A stretch of 51,308 bases of DNA, the filler included, from Bipalium vagum (taxonomy: Eukaryota): assembly GCA_037834085.1 (NCBI GenBank). It is 3 parts of 3 records of this genome, joined end to end, with 100 filler letters (N's around TTAATTAATTAA, not from the genome) between each part and the next. Parts side by side here need not be neighbours in the genome. Positions count along the whole stretch, not along the records: positions 15,924 to 32,436 come from JBBMKC010107423.1; positions 32,537 to 51,308 come from JBBMKC010020013.1; 1 more part is not named here. One strand, 5' to 3'. Position numbers and translations under genes: made by a program. Numbering within the stretch: the stretch's first letter is position 1; every line of letters begins with the position of its first letter. Below the pieces are notes generated by a model, which saw only the letters and a program-made list of their open reading frames with translations, was not told the DNA's origin and made no database searches. Shown here one piece after another: positions 23,780 to 35,168 of the stretch.

Positions 23780-26700
23780 CTAAAATATAAAATTGACACT
23801 AAAAATATATCTCTGTCGCACTTGACCGATATCGTAAACGATGTATTCGTTGTAGAGGAGGTCGCTTTTAACTTTGGTCTTGACCGGCTTTCCCATAGGA
23901 TAGAGCACACCATCCTCATCGATAAAGTTCTGGGCAGGATCTGGGGCAGTCGCGCCTAGACCTTTACAGCTGTGCTCGTTTGGTTTTAAAATGATGTTTT
24001 CGTCTGCCTTTGTCCGCTCTGTTATTTTTCCCATCGCCACCTCACACAACATCAATAATCCATCTGCAGAGTCTCGACTCGTGTGACAGTAATTTGCCGA
24101 TTTGGAAACCATGTCGGCAAAGTAAATCCCTTTCCCGAACATGTACCCGGTAACTGGAGCTTCTGGTGGTGCAATTCGGAGTCCTTGAGAACTAAAAAGG
24201 AGGATCAATATTTAAAATTAATTGTTTTAATTATAAAATTTTATTGTCTCAAATAATTACACATTTTTTAAACATTTGTTTTTGACATGTTATAATAAAT
24301 TAAATACTCAACTTCAAAATTTCTCTTTAAATAATTTTACTTTGATTAATTAACTATATATAACCAATATTAAAGAATTTGTTACAAAAATTCAATATGT
24401 CTAAAATCTATTGTTGAATTTTTATTATTTCCTAAAATCAATATTCGTGAAATAAATAAAGCAATAAAATTAATCATGGAAATAAATTACAGAATTCCAG
24501 CCCAATTGGTTCGCCTGGAACCGTGCCATAGCATCATTCGATTTGGAAGTTTCTTGAACGAATGGAAACGGTCTGATTCTCCGTCTCGAGACACCTCAAA
24601 GATTTCCTTGATCTTCAATTTATAGTCTCTGTGAGTGGGAGCGTGAGTGTTGTGCAAATATTGCTCCAATCGTTTGTATTGATCAGAAGTCTTGTCCAAT
24701 GGAATAATGCGATTGTGTAGTTTGTCATATTGACTGTCAATTTTACTGGTACCATCACCATCAGAGGCGGAATCGACTTTCATTAATTTATATGCCACTT
24801 CGATTTCCATTAAGCTTTCTATCATTTCGCACTTTTCCTTTACCATCGCTAACGAATCGATCAAGGGAGGAACACGCATTCCAAAATTGTGTGGCATCAT
24901 GGTATAAAATCGATTTGATAATTCCAACAATTTGGTTTTGGAAATTTGAGTTTGCTTGAGAATTTCCTGGAGCTCCTTCAATACGTTGTAGGAAATATTG
25001 ATTTGATTTGTTGACAATTTACCCAGAGGCATTTTGTTTATATCGAGCTTGAGAAAATCGATTAAAGTATATTATTATAAGTTTTAAAATTACCTCATAT
25101 TCCAACATAACTCTTTGCATACTTTGAAGATCGAAAATAAATCTGATCAGTTCCTGAACGGCCATAGCAAGCTTCGAGTTGAAATCAGTGTCGGCACAAT
25201 TCATATTTTGAGCTTTCTATCGACATTAGATGAAAAAATAAACTTCCATAATCTTCACCCACTTCTCCGTAATCGACATCAATCGGTGAAAATCTCTTCG
25301 GATATTTAATGAAATTGTGTCGATCTTTCCACAAATTGCCAGTCTTCTCAAAATAGACGTCCTCGAAATTGGTTTTGGCTTCTTCCAGGTTGCTGTACTT
25401 TTCCAACTTGTTTGAACCAATGGTCGTTCCAATCCTTCCCCAAGCACGAAAAACCCACCATTTTTTACCTTTGTCTGATTCAAGTAACTGTAACCTATAC
25501 AGCAATTTTGCCAAATATATGAAAAAATAATTGATTTTATAAGATTTAATTAATCAATATTTTAACACGTCATTTACAGAATTACTCAGAAATTTTTTAA
25601 GTTTTATAACAGTTATTTGAAAGAATTTATCGCTATTTGTGTGCACATAAATCAAATTTTTAATATTTTTACATTTACATGTTATTTCGAATGTTCTTAC
25701 CAATAATAAATGAAAAGATATTTTTTTAAAGTTAATAATATTCAATTCTAAAAATTTTTTGTTAATAACAAATTTTTCAATCAATATAATATATTTAATT
25801 AAAAATTGATCAATAATACTTTATTAATCACAGCTTCTAATGATAAAACTAAAAAATCATAAAAATAATAAAATAAGGTAATGTTAAGTTTAATTAAGAA
25901 TAATTTAAAAACAAAACTAAGAAATAATACCAATAAGTTTAAATTATATAATAAACACTTAGATGTGTAATATTTAAAAATAAAACTTCAAATGAAAATG
26001 AATGCCACCTCAAAATGATCAAATAGAATATACATCAAAAATCAATTTGATTATTTTGAAAATATTTGTTTAAAACTATTTATGTAATTAAATTCGTCAA
26101 AAATTTACGATTTTAGCTTCCATACAAGTTTTAAATCTTTGGTATAATGGTTTTTTTTTTAAAAAATTTTTTTTTATTGAATAAGAAACCGAATTTTAAA
26201 AATTTTGATCATTTTCTTTGAAAGAAGAAATCAATTTCAAAACATCCCTTTTCTAAAGGTAAAAAATAAATTGATATTTTATAATAATTTTGAGCTTTTA
26301 TAAAAAACAAATTTTAAAATTCATTTTTATGAAAATTATGTAAAGGATTTTTTGTTTTAAGAAAAACAAAAATAGAAATCAGGTAACAATTTGAAAAAAA
26401 ATCCAACTGACTTGTAATAAGAATTAATTCCACTAACGAGATCAGTCATTCCCAAAATGGCATTCCACGTTTGTTTGTCACGATCTTGGAATGTATGAGC
26501 CTTTTCTTCTAAGCCGGAATCAGGATCAACCGCTGCACCACCTTTGACTTTCATGATCTGCTTTTCTTCCAAACTGTATGAATTTTTTTCTAAAATCAAT
26601 TGATTCCTTTAATAAAGAAAATTCTATCTATTTTTTTTAATGAGTGATCGAAATGGATGTTATTTTTTATCAAAATATTTATACCTCCTCCTCTTTTGTC

Positions 26701-29622
26701 TTTGGAAATCATATTTGTTAAATTTCTTAATTCCTCGTCCTAAAATTATAAAAATAATTTTCTATTATCGATCAATAACATTAAAAAAAACATTACTGAA
26801 CGGCCCCAATCACAAATCGAATATTTCTTAATAGAATCGATTACATTATCCGATTCTTTACCAACATTATCCAGAAAATCCGATGAAACAACATGAATTG
26901 ATTTTAATTTAGCCTTGAATACCACAGTTTCCCTGTCATCATTTTGATTCACCGTATTTTTCGATGATATCACTACCAAAGTCATTTTGGATAATGTAGT
27001 ACTCATTTCTCCACCCAGAACCTTGATTTGTTGTGACATTTTATTAACAGTGAATCCTTCGCCAAATGAAGAACGATCAATACAAATTGTGAAACCTTTT
27101 AAAGGATTTGATATCAGTGGCTTAATGATTTCCTTTGGCAAAATTCTCGATCTCTTTTTGTACACATAATTCTTTCTGGACAATACAAAAAACTAAAAGA
27201 TCGATTGTAATTATTATTTATATTACAATAAATTTTAATTTAAAGATTCAAAATAACCACACAAAAAACACTATTAATACATTGACTTTATTTTAATGTA
27301 AATTAAAATAGCCGAAAGATGAACAATGGTGCTAAAAAAGATGTTTCTTTAAGTAATAAAAACGAATGGAAGATGATCAAGAGAAATTGTTTACTTTTAA
27401 TACTAATTAAATTATAATTTTCCTTTTATTGTACTCATAAAAGATGCATAGACAATAATAAATAATTTTTCTACAACGGAACTATCGTGCTTCAGCACGA
27501 CTATAAACTTGACATCATTCAGTTTCATCATTTAATCATTTTTGTGATTATGGATCAGAAAATATATTTGGTTATAGCAAAATGACCCAATGCAACATAA
27601 AACTCAATCTCTATAACGAGAAAAATAATATGTAACACTTTTCGTTATTGAATAATGTTAAAGGTCAGTGACTTCAGAAATTAGCATCCTTTTGTAAATT
27701 TATATTTTTGACAATTCAAATTCAAAAAAAATTTCCAACAATCAACAAGAATTTGAAACTTTCTTTTTTTGAAAAATCTAATCATTTTCAAATTTCAATT
27801 ACTCAAATAACAAGGTTTACCTCTAAGAAATGCGTTTTGGTTTAAATTAATTAAGTTGGTACATCAGACAAAACAAGCAATTAAAAAGATATCAAATCTG
27901 ACACTAGTTGATGTAGGAAGGCAAGAATCAAAATATCCAGAAATGAGAGACCTAATTTCACTTAAGAGATTTACTTTAAATCCTGAGAGATGCTCTTTAC
28001 GTAAAATCAATAGAACTCAAACTAAAATTGATATTGTTATCCATAAAATTTTAGAGACATTTCATGTGATAAGTAATCTTTGTGTTCAGCATAGTAGTAT
28101 AATTTTAAGGATAAGTCTAATTGATTGTTGTCAGATCAAAAAATTATTGAAATATTTGTAAAATCCAATATTACCCTTGAACATCGATTTAATGAATTCT
28201 TTAAAATATTCTTACAAGAAATAAAATTTCTGGAAATCAAAGAAATAATAAACTTACAACAAAGGTAAATGTGAATATTCTTCGGGAATCGCAATCTTTG
28301 ACCTAACCACCTCTTTCGTTTCATATATACAATTGGTCCATTCGTTGATTATCGAGCAGCATTTATAACCATTTGAGCTGTAGCTCAATTTACCACCACA
28401 TTCTGGACATGGGTTTAAGCATCCAAACACTATAAGGTCTGCGACTGAGTTCAATAAATCCGATTCGCCCTTTGGTACATATTGATTGTTGTGCTCCAAA
28501 ATATATACTAGAGCACTTTTTGCCATTTGTCCATTTAATTGGTCACGAACATTCCACAGCAATTCATTTTGTTTCTGAAAATGAAACATCAGGTTCACAT
28601 TACCACCATTTTTGTTGACTTTCAAGTTTTACTTTTAGTTTCTCACCAAACTTATCCGATTCCGTTTTCTTAGGTTTTTTGGCCAATGATTCATTTTTGT
28701 TGTCAGATGCTGGTCTCTTTAGAGATCTGACAAAATTATCGTTGATTTTTAATAATTAAAATAAATATATATATACTTCCAAGACTTGAATTTGTTCCGC
28801 AAATCTTCCTTGTCATCGTCGTTCAATTTGTCAAAACCTGGGATTCTTAATCAATATTACACGATAAAGCATATTTTTCAAATTCAAAAAAAATTTGAAG
28901 CATTTAAACAAATGTTATCAGATACACTTAAGTAGTCATATACGAAAAACCGATATATAAATACTACAAAAATCAGATGTATACTTTTCTATTTCAAAAT
29001 TTGGAATAATATTAGTCACTTCTACTTTAATTTTTAGCAAACACTCTATATGATACCACAGCTTAGAAGTCACTGTCTTTTTCGATTGACTGCTCTTGTT
29101 TTCTCTTCGTGAAAATCTTATTTCAGACTAAGGAAATATATCTCAGACAATTACCAGTGAACATTCCTTAATACCTTTTCAATTTTTTCATCGCATTTAA
29201 CACATTTGCTAGCTTTGGCTTTTGAATACTCTATTGAAAATTCATCAAATTCTATTTCGGTTTCCATAATTTCTACAAATTCAGTTATGTCAGGAAGATT
29301 TCTGAGAACTTTTAAAACAAACTCATTTTTGATTTTATTTTTTCCTGGTCTTCCCATCTTAGAATATCTATATTTTTTATATCTTCAAGATTTATCAATT
29401 TCGCTTTTTTAAAAAAACAATCAAAATGATACCAATTTGGTATTTTGCCATCAAAGTGTGAAGACTTAAAAGTTAATATTGAATGCTGCTATTAAGAAAT
29501 AATTTTACCTGGACCATAATAGCCATTCTTAAAGAATCTTTAGATATATTGTTTTTACACGATTTACAACTCGATCTATCACTTTTGGCATATTCAGCTG
29601 CATATTTATAATCTTTATCCAT
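23780..29622 (-). CDS. PARP1: Poly(ADP-ribose) polymerase 1, 970 aa (Zn1, Zn2, Zn3/PADR1, BRCT, WGR, helical and catalytic domains)
   Basis: 14 exons: 29622-29509, 29464-29323, 29272-29175, 29127-28985, 28845-28777, 28726-28633, 28574-28258, 27175-26797, 26739-26685, 26589-26412, 25494-25263, 25216-25094, 25047-24491, 24191-23780 (2913 nt, in frame). [13 protein letters not shown]...WYHFDC; CVKC...WYHIEC; CPECGG...C...WTNC; [12 protein letters not shown]; FRAWGRIG; MPLGKLS; H-Y-E triad WHGSR, GIYFAD, YNEY. Confidence 0.97.
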
Positions 29623-31047
29623 ATTAAAGCACTTAAGCTATTATCCAAGATCAATAATTACAAAGACGGTTATTTAAACAATGAAAATCAAATATATTTT
29701 TATCATTTATTACTAATTTAAAGATAAATATATTCTCGTTTTTATTAACAAGTAATACTTAACATTTCAATTTATTTTAATGTTAAATTTAATTTATTAA
29801 TAAACTATGTTCTTATATATAGAAATTTAAAATAAATTAAAAATATTTTCATTTTAGAATGTGTTAATGTTTTTATTAACAAAACCGATTAAAATCTAAC
29901 TCAAAATCTAACTTATGTTTTTGTATTCCACTAATCTTTCAAATATCAATTAATTAATTAAATGACTTAATTAATAATGAATTAATTAAAAATGAAATGA
30001 TAAAAAATTATTTAAATACAATACAAATCAATTAAAAAATAGCTCGGGAGTTTTAACGAAAATTAAATTGTAAGATTTTTCCTTTTTGTTTTATCTTATT
30101 ATTTTATTCTGAGTAAATATTAATATTTAATAAGTAATATTTTATTGTTTTGTTTTAATTAACATTTGATTATTATTGAATTCGATTAATATTTGATCAT
30201 TATTATATTCGATTGATTTATTCTTTGCAAATATATTTGTGTTGTGTTTAATCCGATAGTGTAAAGGTTGAGTAACATTTCAGACATTAATGGTGATCCC
30301 AGACTCTTGCATTATCTTTTGTAATTCCGTGTATTGTATTTTGTGTTTGTATAAATACAATTGTTGTTTTACTAGTTGTTTTTATTTGCACCACCTAAGA
30401 TTTGGAGTCAGGTTTAGATTTGATAATTTAAATAGTGAACAATTTAGTAATTATAAATATTAAATTACTCATTAAAATTAAATGTACTTCAATAAATTTA
30501 AGCTTGAATAATCAAAACTATAATAATTATAAAACTATAATATACAGTTATTCATCTATAACTTCACACTCTTGGGACCTGAGAGATAAGAAAGTTTTTG
30601 GTTGTGAAATTAAAAATCGTGAAATTATAAAATCATAAATTTAATGTTAAATAAAAATCGATAATTTATTAACAATTACATAATGATCAATCATAAATAT
30701 TTATTTAAAATAATTCTATAAAATCGTTTGTTTTTTATTTTTTATCTATTTTTAAATCAAGTTCTCTTTCAGTTGAAAGAAGTCCTTCCATTCTTCAAAT
30801 TATTTTATCAACAATTTGCATGCATTTAATGATTCTAACTGAGACATTTTTATTTCATGTTCTAAGTCAATGATTTTTATATCAATTGATATATTTTTTT
30901 TCTATGAAAAATTGTATTTTTACATGAACCGATCGTTTTTTTCAAAGTTTTTTATCTTAAATAAATCTGTTTCGAAGGGTCTTACTTGGTTCCAAGCGGT
31001 AAAAGATACTGGTTTCATCGAAATTAAAAATATCATTTATTGAGTAA

Positions 31048-31800
31048 CACTACTCTACAAATTTAATCATTTTTGTATCGGGGACGGCATTATGATAATA
31101 AATTGTATTTTTTGCAGCTGATTACGAATATGAAGTCCTTTTTCCTATAGGACATCTGGTTCAGGCAAGATTACATTTTAAAGAATAATAAGAAAAACAT
31201 TTAGGAAAGTAATCCAGGTGTGAGTTTAAAAATGCATTTTTATACTCATTCAACATCCTATGATTTGAAAATCTTGGATCATATTCCTGACTAAATTATC
31301 GTGATCATCCGACTTTCGGTCTCCTATAATATTAGAAACTACCTGAACAAATGAATTTCAAGTATTAAGTTCTATCGGATTCAACTTGGAAGAAAGTTTG
31401 TATTTTAATTAATTCATGAATTTGAGGACCTATGAAAATGCCTTCCTTCAACTGCATCACTTATTTGTGAAAATTTGTTGACTAGGTATTCATATACTAC
31501 ACCATTTTTATTTATGTTCTTTATAAACGTCTTCATCATACCTAACTTGATATATAATGGAGTAGTAAAACATTTTCTGCTTCTAGCAACGGTATTGCTT
31601 TGACGCGATGTTTACTAGGTGTAAATTCAACTCTATTCGGCCAATGTTTTCTAACAATTTTTGTGTAAAAATAGCAATTTGTATCAATGCTGCTTTGGTT
31701 AACAGAACAGATTTTCCTGATATAGCATGACGTTTTTTAAACAAAAGTAAAGGATAGTAGGTTTTCAGTATTTGCAAATCTTAGTTGTTTCATCATATAT
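31048..31800 (-). mobile_element. Chapaev3-like (CMC superfamily) DNA transposon remnant
   Basis: Minus strand, across frameshifts: HWPNRVEFTP...PLYIKLGMMKTFIK...YLVNKFSQISDA.LKEGIFIGPQIHELI...MSIKMHF..HLDYFP, matching Chapaev3 PLHIKLG/KEGIFVGPQI/HFLHSHLD. Terminus TAA|CACTA at 31045-31052; subterminal GCTGATTACGAATATGA. Confidence 0.8.
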
Positions 31801-32436
31801 AGCCTTAGTAATTATTATCTTTTTTTCATTTTTAACAACCCAGTCATACAATTTTTAATCGACTGACGACAATGTTATATTTCTAATTTTTTCAGATGTA
31901 TCGATGATTTCTTATTATTTTCTAATGATTTTTCTCTATATTATAATTTTTTTGAAATTATTGTTCTGTCAACTCTTTTTTGAATTTCTTAGATACCCAC
32001 TTGACCAAATCTTGTTAGGTATTTTTCGACTGTTTCACAAACCTGATTAATTTAATTTTTTCAAAAATTGTTAGGGGACGGAATTTATTTTGAGAGGAAG
32101 GAAAAAAATAAATATTATTTATTTATTTAATATTTAAATAAATAATAATATTTATTTATTTATTCTAACATATTGCAAAAATTTTTATTTAAAAATAATA
32201 TTTAAAATTGAACTTAAAAATATGAAATTAAATATCATTATTTAGTTGTGATGTTATCTAATCCTTTTATATACAGGGTTTATAACCTCATTTCAAATTT
32301 TTGTAATCTCATTTCAAATACATATTTTCTCAGCTACATCTTTTAATTACACTAATTAAACTAATTTATTATTTGCATATCTCAAAATTTACATAATTAA
32401 AATTGAAAAGCAAGTTTACATTTTATACATTGTATA

Positions 32437-32536
32437 NNNNNNNNNNNNNNNNNNNNNNNNNNNNNNNNNNNNNNNNNNNNTTAATTAATTAANNNNNNNN
32501 NNNNNNNNNNNNNNNNNNNNNNNNNNNNNNNNNNNN
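32437..32536. other. Artificial contig linker N44-TTAATTAATTAA-N44
   Basis: Same 100-nt structure as 15824-15923. Confidence 0.97.
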
Positions 32537-33589
32537 ATTATTATTTATGCATTATTTATCATTTTTATTATTTATTTTTCCCCGGGGGGGTGTCTTGGTA
32601 AACCCAACATTTTTTATTAGGGTCCTTGAAAATTTCTGTTGCCTTTTCATGGTGAATATTTTTAAATTTTTAGTCAAAGGATCATTTTCAGTTTTATGTA
32701 AAGAATCGTTCAATAATCATCAAGAATTTCAGTCGTTTACATGTAGTAAATATTTCTTTTTCTCAGATTATTTAATTAAATTTGTTTATTTTTTGCAGTA
32801 TGGAAAAAACTATGAAAACTATAATAAAGAAAAGTAATTTTATTTTATATCTATTTTTTTCATTCTAGATCAATCATTTCCTCCTCTCTGTCAGCTCAAC
32901 TATACATTTCTTTTTTTAAAACAAATAATTGATTAATTAATTTTTTTATTATCATTATTTTCTTTTAAAAAATTAAAGTACAATAATGTACATCAATTAT
33001 TATTTTACTTAAAATATTTTTTTAAAAATGTTAACAAAGTAACTAAGTCACAATTGAATGATAAACTACTTTCATGTCATGCCAAAATAAAATGTAATTA
33101 AAATAATCAAATCAAAATGAAAAAATGTTTGTAATGATAATTTTTTTGACAAAATAAATTTTTTAAATCAAAATTAAGAACTGGATAATTGGATTTGATA
33201 CTTTGATAATTGGGACTTGAAAATTATTTCCTCTTTCTTTATAACTCACATATTTTGACTTAATCATAAAATGTAATTATTTTATTATTGATTAAATTAA
33301 AATTCCACATTATTATTTTAAAAGCACATAATATTCAAAATAATAAATATTTAAAATAAAGTAAAATTAATAATTATTTATATCATTATAATTTAAATTG
33401 TGATTTTAAAATTTAAGACACATGTTTGACTAAATTCTGTATAGTACATATAACGTTTATATAAAATTGTTAAGATAATCATTTTCAGCTTTTTTATATT
33501 GTCTTGGTTGATTTTTAGATATGATATACCACATTCAAACAAGTGGAGAAAAAGGCAGAATCCGTTTGAGAAAAAAATCTTTTATAAAA

Positions 33590-33880
33590 AAATTGTCATT
33601 GTCATGATACGCATCAATGGTTTTTGAAGATGAAAACAAAGATGAAATTAAGCGTTGATCGATTATAGAACAAATGTGACAAAATTAAAAAAATAACGAC
33701 ATTTGAAATTACATATGCTTATTTTTTGAAATCAAATGTACGTGTTCGTGTTTGTTTAAATGATTGAAAGCAATGATACTACTATTCTGTAATTTAATAT
33801 CCATAGAGATTATTTCAAGGTTTATCATAACCTACACCAGAGTCGCGCAACCTTAAATCCAATCGAATACAAATGAAATA
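33590..33880 (+). mobile_element. Decayed Tc1/IS630-type transposase fragment
   Basis: IVIVM (like IVMDNA) near 33593 and LNPIEYK* (like SPDLNPIExxW) near 33853. Confidence 0.3.
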
Positions 33881-34077
33881 TGAGTTCTCATTACATAATC
33901 CAGTTTTCAATATATTACCATCTTGGTTAAATCAATTTTAAAATATGAAATCATTAATAATTTAACACATATATAGATAAAGTTCTTCTACTAATGGTCA
34001 CACATATATATTGTTTATTCCACTGAAAATTTAATTTATAATGTATAAAAATATGAAATTTTGATAACACCCATGTA

Positions 34078-34450
34078 TTAGGTTAGCAAATGAAATGCCT
34101 ACTTCAAAACCTAATTTTTGCATATTTTAATAAGTTTTAATAGTAAAGTTACAGAAATAAATGATATACTTTATTTTAAAATTCTTCTATTAAAATATGG
34201 AATTTTAATGTTTAAAAAATCAATAAATTCTTAGAAAAAAATAGGAATAATGCAAAAATTGATAAACAAAGAAATTTTCACAAATTGATAAGTAAAGATA
34301 TTTGCACAATTCACTTATACGAATTGAAATTACGACACAGCTTCGAAAGCCGCTGAAAAAATAGTTTGGCATTCGCAAAGGGTACAACTAAAAAACGCGC
34401 TATTATGAGATGATTCTATGTGAAATTTGACCAAACCGATCAAGCGCAAA
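34078..34450 (+). mobile_element. Mariner 5' remnant (TIR and first HTH)
   Basis: TA|TTAGGTTAGCAAATGAAAT mariner-type TIR at 34076. Across frameshifts KDICTIHLYELKLRH.ASKAAEKI..AFAKGTTKKRAIMR*F matches mariner LYEFKLGH..AEA..I..AFG.GT...T..RWF. Confidence 0.65.
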
Positions 34451-34451
34451 C

Positions 34452-34904
34452 CAAGGGTGGCCCAAAAGTGATTAAAAGAAAATCGAAAAAAACAATAAAA
34501 GGTTTTGATTTTTGATCGGATTTTAGAAAACTTTTGAGGTCGTATTTCACTTTTTGATCTTCACTCTTTTTTACTCAACGTCATACTCTTAGAACAAAGA
34601 TTCTACAACTTTGATAAGGAAACCTGGTTTTAAAGAATAATTTTTCAATTGAGTGCAACATTCAATCCTCATTAGATATCAGAAACATTTTACATTATTT
34701 TCAGGTGTAACTGATTTTTTTAGAATCCTGTGCAAAGAAAATTTTGTAAATCCTTTTTTTACCAATCACTGGAACTATAAAAGCTGCAATCAAAAAGCAC
34801 TACACAATTTTTTTCTCCAAACCTGTAGTCATGGCAGGTAATCATGCTAACTTATTTACACAAATAAAAATCTTTTAGTTTGCATATTTATTGAGCAGAC
34901 CCTG
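34452..34904. mobile_element. Possible non-autonomous Tc1/mariner-like MITE
   Basis: Left CAAGGGTGGCCCAAAA and right TTGAGCAGACCCTG|TA (reverse complement CAGGGTCTGCTCAA) form imperfect CAGGGT-type inverted ends; no coding content. Confidence 0.35.
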
Positions 34905-35019
34905 TATTTCGTTTGAAATAAAAATAACTAAAATTCTAATGTTTACATGGAAATTTAATATTTTATTACTAGGGTACTTAAAATTAAAAAATTCTAAAAT
35001 ATGTTTAAATTCTCAATAA

Positions 35020-35068
<49 letters not shown>

Positions 35069-35100
35069 GTAATAGTAGTCATCTTCATCATCATCATCAT
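35020..35100 (+). repeat. Compound microsatellite, (AAT)~16 then AGT and (CAT)n
   Basis: Direct reading of the sequence. Confidence 0.95.
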
Positions 35101-35168
35101 ATTAATAGTAGTTCTAATATTAAGGTACAAAATTAAGAATAAAACAAATAATAATAAATATATATTAC

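Noticed and set aside
27485-27500. Hairpin TCGTGCTTCAGCACGA as a Helitron 3' end or terminator
   Set aside because: No properly spaced CTRR end on either strand, and bacterial terminators do not apply here.
27856-28161. 101-aa ORF antisense in PARP1 intron 7
   Set aside because: Non-ATG start and only a short pogo-like GR..KYPE motif; most likely a transposon relic or chance.
16437-29622. SRBD1 plus PARP1 as a novel functional system (nuclease-fold plus ADP-ribosyltransferase)
   Set aside because: Both are ordinary conserved housekeeping genes, and adjacency alone in a eukaryote is not evidence of a system.
32581-32610. GGGGGGG followed by TGT as a PPT/LTR start
   Set aside because: It lies at a contig edge with no pol sequence or matching LTR end.
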